In this document: positions 5,916 to 10,177 of the stretch, in pieces
Numbering within the stretch: position 1 is the first letter of the stretch
How the letters are laid out: each line of letters opens with the position of its first letter
Assembly (NCBI GenBank): GCA_050175015.1
Contig: JBFXJJ010000026.1
Location: forward strand, 1 to 10,177
Direction: 5' to 3'
Length of the DNA: 10,177 nt
Source: Alphaproteobacteria bacterium
Lineage (GTDB): Bacteria; Pseudomonadota; Alphaproteobacteria; JBFXJJ01
Program-made: the position numbers and the translations under genes
The notes under the pieces: generated by a model
Database searches by the model: none
What the model was told of the DNA's origin: nothing
The model's input: only the letters and a program-made list of their open reading frames with translations

Positions 5916-8900
5916 ATGTCACAAAAAAAGAAATTTATAACATGCGATGGTAACTATGCTGCAGCACATGTTGCATATATGTTTAGCGAAGTTGCCGCTA
6001 TCTATCCTATTACTCCCTCATCTACAATGGCCGAATATGTAGACGAATGGTCAGCAAATGGACGTAAAAATATTTTTGGCGACCGGGTTCAGGTTACCGA
6101 GATGCAATCTGAAGGCGGAGCTGCAGGTGCAGTTCATGGTTCTTTGCAATCAGGAGCATTAACCTCGACCTTTACAGCCTCACAAGGATTATTATTAATG
6201 ATTCCTAATATGTATAAGATCTCTGGTGAGTTATTACCAGGAGTTTTTCATGTGAGTGCACGTAGCTTGGCTGCTCAGGCATTATCAATATTTGGTGACC
6301 ATAGCGACGTTATGAGTGCCCGCCAAACAGGTTTTGCAATGCTTGCAACAGGTAGCGTTCAGGAAATTATGGACTTAGCTGGTATTGCGCATCTTGCTGC
6401 TATTAAAGCCAGAGTTCCATTCTTGCATTTCTTCGATGGTTTTAGAACATCACATGAAATACAAAAAGTTGAATATTTCGAAAACGAAGATCTTGCCAAA
6501 CTTCTTGACTGGAAAGCATTACAGCAATTCAGAGATAATGCATTAAATCCAGAACACCCGGTAACAAGAGGTACAGCACAAAACCCTGATATTTATTTCC
6601 AAAGCCGCGAGGCAGCTAATAAATTTTATACTCCAATACCTGATTTGGTTGAAGAATACATGAAGGAAATCACCAAAATGACAGGCCGTGAGTATCATCC
6701 ATTTACCTATTATGGAGCTCCAGATGCAGAAAATATTATTGTTGCTATGGGTTCAATTACATCAACCATTAAAGAAGTAATTGATTACAAAATAGCTCAG
6801 GGCGAAAAAGTTGGTTTAATATCAGTTCACTTATACCGTCCATTCTCAGAAAAATATTTCATGAAAGTTCTTCCTAAATCAGTAAAACGTATTGCTGTAT
6901 TAGACAGGACAAAAGAACCAGGAGCCAATGGCGAACCATTATATCTTGACGTTCGTGAATTATTCTATGGAAAAGACAAAGCTCCAATAGTTGTTGGTGG
7001 CCGATATGGTTTAAGCTCAAAAGATACTACTCCTGCTCAAATAATGTCGGTTTATAACAATTTAGCTTTACCAGAACCAAAAAATAGGTTTACAGTTGGT
7101 ATTGTTGATGATGTTACATTCTTATCATTACCATTATTACCTGAAATAAGTGTAGTTCCAAAAGGAACGTTCGAAGGTAAATTCTATGGTTTAGGATCAG
7201 ACGGAACTGTAGGCGCAAATAAAAACTCAATAAAAATTATTGGTGACAACACCGATAAATATGCTCAGGCATATTTTGCATACGATTCTAAAAAATCTGG
7301 CGGTATAACTGTTTCACACTTGCGTTTTGGTGATCAGCCAATCAGATCATCTTATCTTGTTGGAACTCCAGATTTTGTTGCATGTCACGTACCTGCATAT
7401 CTTGATAAGTACGAAATGCTTAGAGGTATTAAAAAAGGAGGAACATTCCTTTTAAATAGTATCTGGGATGCAGAAGAAACAAAGAATCGTTTTCCAGACA
7501 GCATGAAAAAGATCCTTGCTGAAAAAGAGATTAAGGTTTATATGATCAATGCAACAAAGATAGCCGAAGAAATTGGATTAGGTAACAGAACCAATACCAT
7601 TATGCAGGCTGCTTTCTTCAAGATTTCGAATGTAATACCATACGAATTAGCCGAAACACAAATGAAGAAAGCAATTGTAAAATCTTTCGGCCGTAAAGGA
7701 GAAGAAGTTGTTGCGATGAATAAAGCCGCTGTTGATCGCGGTGGTGAATTAGAACAAATTACTATTCCTGCTGAATGGAAGAATATTGTTGTTAAAAAAG
7801 CTGAGTTAAGAAAAGATATACCAGAGTTTATTCAAAATGTAGTAGAGCCTATTAACTTGCAAAAAGGAGATGACTTACCAGTAAGTGCATTTCTTAATCG
7901 TGAAGATGGTACATTCCCTGCAGGAACAACTGCTTTCGAAAAACGTGGTATTGCAGTACATGTTCCTGAATGGATTCCTGAAAATTGTATTCAGTGTAAC
8001 CAATGTTCGTATGTTTGTCCTCACGCAGTAATTCGTCCTTTCTTATTAACAGCCGATGAGGTAAAAAATGCTCCTGCCGGAACAGTTACCATAACAGGAA
8101 CAGGTGGTACCAAAGAATATCAGTTTAGATTGCAGGTTAGTCCACTTGACTGTACCGGTTGCGGAAACTGCGTTGATGTTTGTCCTGCAAAATCAAAAGC
8201 ATTGGTTATGAAGCCTCTTGAAACTCAATTAGATGAAGATGCTCGTTTCGACTATATGCATAACAAGGTTGGTTATAAAGATACCGTTTTAGAAAAGAGT
8301 AAAAGCGTTAAAAATAGTCAGTTTGCACAACCATTATTCGAATTTAGTGGTGCTTGCGCAGGATGTGGCGAGACTCCATATATAAAGGCTATTACCCAGC
8401 TTTTTGGTGATAGAATGATGGTTGCAAATGCTACCGGTTGTTCATCAATTTATGGTGGTTCAGCTCCTTCGACTCCTTATTGCAAAAACAAAGAAGGTCA
8501 CGGTCCAGCTTGGGCCAACTCATTATTCGAGGACAACGCTGAATATGGCCTAGGTATGTTAGTAGGCGTTGACAAAATGAGAGAAAGAATTTTCGAAAAG
8601 ATGACTGCAACAATAAATGATGTTAACGCAGAAACAAAAGCAGCATTCCAGGAATGGATTGATACTATGGCAAATTCTGACGCATCGAAAAAAGCATCAG
8701 ACAAAGTGGTTGAAGTTCTTAAAAAAGAAAAACACCCTGTTGCAAAAGATATTCTTGACTTGAAACAATATCTTGCAAAAAAATCACAATGGATTTTTGG
8801 TGGTGATGGTTGGGCATATGATATCGGTTACGGTGGTCTTGACCATGTATTAGCATCAGGCAAGAATGTAAATGTTTTAGTACTTGATACTGAAGTTTAC

Positions 8901-9437
8901 TCAAACACTGGTGGTCAGGCTTCAAAATCTACTCCGGTAGGTGCTGTTGCTAAGTTTGCTGCTGCTGGTATGAGAACTCGCAAGAAAGACCTTGGAATGA
9001 TGGCTATGTCTTACGGATATGTTTATGTAGCTCAGGTTTCGATGGGTGCAAGCCAAAATCAATATTTTAAAGCAATTAAAGAAGCTGAAGCTTATCCAGG
9101 TCCATCGTTAATCATTGCTTACGCTCCATGTATTAACCACGGATTAAATGCCGGAATGGGTAAAACACAGGAAGAAGGTAAGTTAGCTGTTGAATGCGGA
9201 TACTGGCATAACTATAGATTTAATCCATTATTAGAAGCTCAGGGGAAGAATCCGTTCGAACTTGATTCTACAGAACCAAATTGGAGCAAATTCCAGGAAT
9301 TTTTAAAGAACGAAGTTCGTTATTCTTCATTAACTAAAGCATTCCCTGAAGATGCAGAAATATTGTTCAAGAGAGCTGAAGAAGATGCTAAATGGAGATA
9401 CAATGGTTATAAACGTTTAGCAAGCAGAACTTTGTAA
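5916..9437 (+). CDS. nifJ: Pyruvate:ferredoxin (flavodoxin) oxidoreductase, single-chain homodimeric type
   Basis: 1173 aa. YPITP, EMQSEGGAAG, two [4Fe-4S] motifs CIQCNQCSYVCP and CTGCGNCVDVCP, GACAGCGE, and the TPP-binding GGDGWAYDIG...YSNTGGQ. Confidence 0.98.
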   Translation: MSQKKKFITCDGNYAAAHVAYMFSEVAAIYPITPSSTMAEYVDEWSANGRKNIFGDRVQVTEMQSEGGAAGAVHGSLQSGALTSTFTASQGLLLMIPNMYKISGELLPGVFHVSARSLAAQALSIFGDHSDVMSARQTGFAMLATGSVQEIMDLAGIAHLAAIKARVPFLHFFDGFRTSHEIQKVEYFENEDLAKLLDWKALQQFRDNALNPEHPVTRGTAQNPDIYFQSREAANKFYTPIPDLVEEYMKEITKMTGREYHPFTYYGAPDAENIIVAMGSITSTIKEVIDYKIAQGEKVGLISVHLYRPFSEKYFMKVLPKSVKRIAVLDRTKEPGANGEPLYLDVRELFYGKDKAPIVVGGRYGLSSKDTTPAQIMSVYNNLALPEPKNRFTVGIVDDVTFLSLPLLPEISVVPKGTFEGKFYGLGSDGTVGANKNSIKIIGDNTDKYAQAYFAYDSKKSGGITVSHLRFGDQPIRSSYLVGTPDFVACHVPAYLDKYEMLRGIKKGGTFLLNSIWDAEETKNRFPDSMKKILAEKEIKVYMINATKIAEEIGLGNRTNTIMQAAFFKISNVIPYELAETQMKKAIVKSFGRKGEEVVAMNKAAVDRGGELEQITIPAEWKNIVVKKAELRKDIPEFIQNVVEPINLQKGDDLPVSAFLNREDGTFPAGTTAFEKRGIAVHVPEWIPENCIQCNQCSYVCPHAVIRPFLLTADEVKNAPAGTVTITGTGGTKEYQFRLQVSPLDCTGCGNCVDVCPAKSKALVMKPLETQLDEDARFDYMHNKVGYKDTVLEKSKSVKNSQFAQPLFEFSGACAGCGETPYIKAITQLFGDRMMVANATGCSSIYGGSAPSTPYCKNKEGHGPAWANSLFEDNAEYGLGMLVGVDKMRERIFEKMTATINDVNAETKAAFQEWIDTMANSDASKKASDKVVEVLKKEKHPVAKDILDLKQYLAKKSQWIFGGDGWAYDIGYGGLDHVLASGKNVNVLVLDTEVYSNTGGQASKSTPVGAVAKFAAAGMRTRKKDLGMMAMSYGYVYVAQVSMGASQNQYFKAIKEAEAYPGPSLIIAYAPCINHGLNAGMGKTQEEGKLAVECGYWHNYRFNPLLEAQGKNPFELDSTEPNWSKFQEFLKNEVRYSSLTKAFPEDAEILFKRAEEDAKWRYNGYKRLASRTL

Positions 9438-9458
9438 ACAATTTTATATCATACTAAT

Positions 9459-9486
9459 AAAAAAAGCAGGTAACCCTGCTTTTTTT
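9459..9486 (+). terminator. Intrinsic terminator downstream of nifJ
   Basis: A7-GCAGG-taac-CCTGC-T7, a perfect 12-bp inverted repeat 21 nt after the stop codon. Confidence 0.88.
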
Positions 9487-9612
9487 ATGCTCTTAAAATA
9501 ACTATTGTTTAATTGTTTTTTAAGAATCTAAATAAAAAATTAAACAGTCTATTGAACCATATACTTTCTAACTTGTTTTATTATCTGAAAGAAAATTAAA
9601 ACACTAAAAGAT

Positions 9613-10177
9613 ATGGCTGACTTAACTACCAATTACATGGGATTAAAACTTAAAAATCCCATTATAGCAGGATCATCAAACCTTGCAATAAATCACGAAA
9701 ACATTAAAGCAATGGAGACTGCGGGAATCGGTGCCATTGTTTATAAATCACTTTTCGAAGAACAGATCAACCTCGAATCGGCTAACTTAGAAGATGAGTT
9801 GAGCTTTTATGATGACCGAAATGCCGAAATGACAAGGATTTTTCCTCACATAGAACATTCAGGACCAAAAGAATTTCTATTAAATTTAAAAAAAGCAAAA
9901 AGTGTTGCTACTGTTCCATTAATAGCAAGTATCAACGCCATTTATAAAGAATCATGGGAAGAATACGCTAAATTGATCGAAGAAACAGGTGTAGATGCAT
10001 TAGAGATTAATCTTTACAATGTTCCAAAAAACCCAGATCTTACAGGTCAAAAATACGAAGAACATCAATTGGATATTGTAAAAACAATTCGAAAAACGGT
10101 TAAGATACCTATAGCAGTTAAATTAAGCCCGAATTACAGCAACACCCTAAATTTTTTATCAGAGCTTGATAAACTTA
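9613..10177 (+). CDS. Dihydroorotate dehydrogenase-like FMN protein (DHOD_like family); runs off the window end
   Basis: Open frame from ATG 9613, not in the ORF track: MADLTTNYMGLKLKNPIIAGSSNL...AGIGAIVYKSLFEEQI...VPLIASINA...GVDALEINLYNVP...KIPIAVKLSPNYS. The KSLFEEQI and VKLSP motifs are typical of the DHOD-like subfamily. Confidence 0.9.
   Translation, partial: MADLTTNYMGLKLKNPIIAGSSNLAINHENIKAMETAGIGAIVYKSLFEEQINLESANLEDELSFYDDRNAEMTRIFPHIEHSGPKEFLLNLKKAKSVATVPLIASINAIYKESWEEYAKLIEETGVDALEINLYNVPKNPDLTGQKYEEHQLDIVKTIRKTVKIPIAVKLSPNYSNTLNFLSELDKL

Noticed and set aside
8431-8925. Three short minus-strand ORFs
   Set aside because: Antisense to nifJ, short, with no motifs.
9487-9612. Promoter for the DHOD-like gene
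   Set aside because: No convincing TAnnTTTG box found, so none is called.
9613-10177. Naming the last ORF pyrD
   Set aside because: It lacks the SCPN/SSPN catalytic motif and fits the DHOD-like subfamily of unproven function.

Overview
AT-rich chromosomal window from an anaerobic Bacteroidota organism, inferred from the tmRNA tag GENNYALAA, TAnnTTTG promoter boxes, a short SigA-type sigma factor lacking region 1.1, and a Rho with an N-terminal insertion. From left to right: the 3' end and right terminus of an ISL3-family insertion sequence; tmRNA (ssrA, minus strand) with promoter and terminator; a saccharopine dehydrogenase/lysine-ketoglutarate reductase-like oxidoreductase; rpe and an RpoD/SigA-family sigma gene (both minus); rho; pyruvate:ferredoxin/flavodoxin oxidoreductase (nifJ); and the 5' part of a dihydroorotate-dehydrogenase-like flavoprotein gene missed by the ORF track. 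The window is mostly housekeeping, and I cannot support a clearly new multi-gene system. The best leads are an ECF-type promoter interlocked with a housekeeping promoter upstream of the sigma gene, a DHOD-like enzyme without the catalytic Cys/Ser beside nifJ, a palindrome plus a strong Shine-Dalgarno upstream of nifJ, and the charge-patterned Rho insertion. All calls come from reading by eye; no searches were run.
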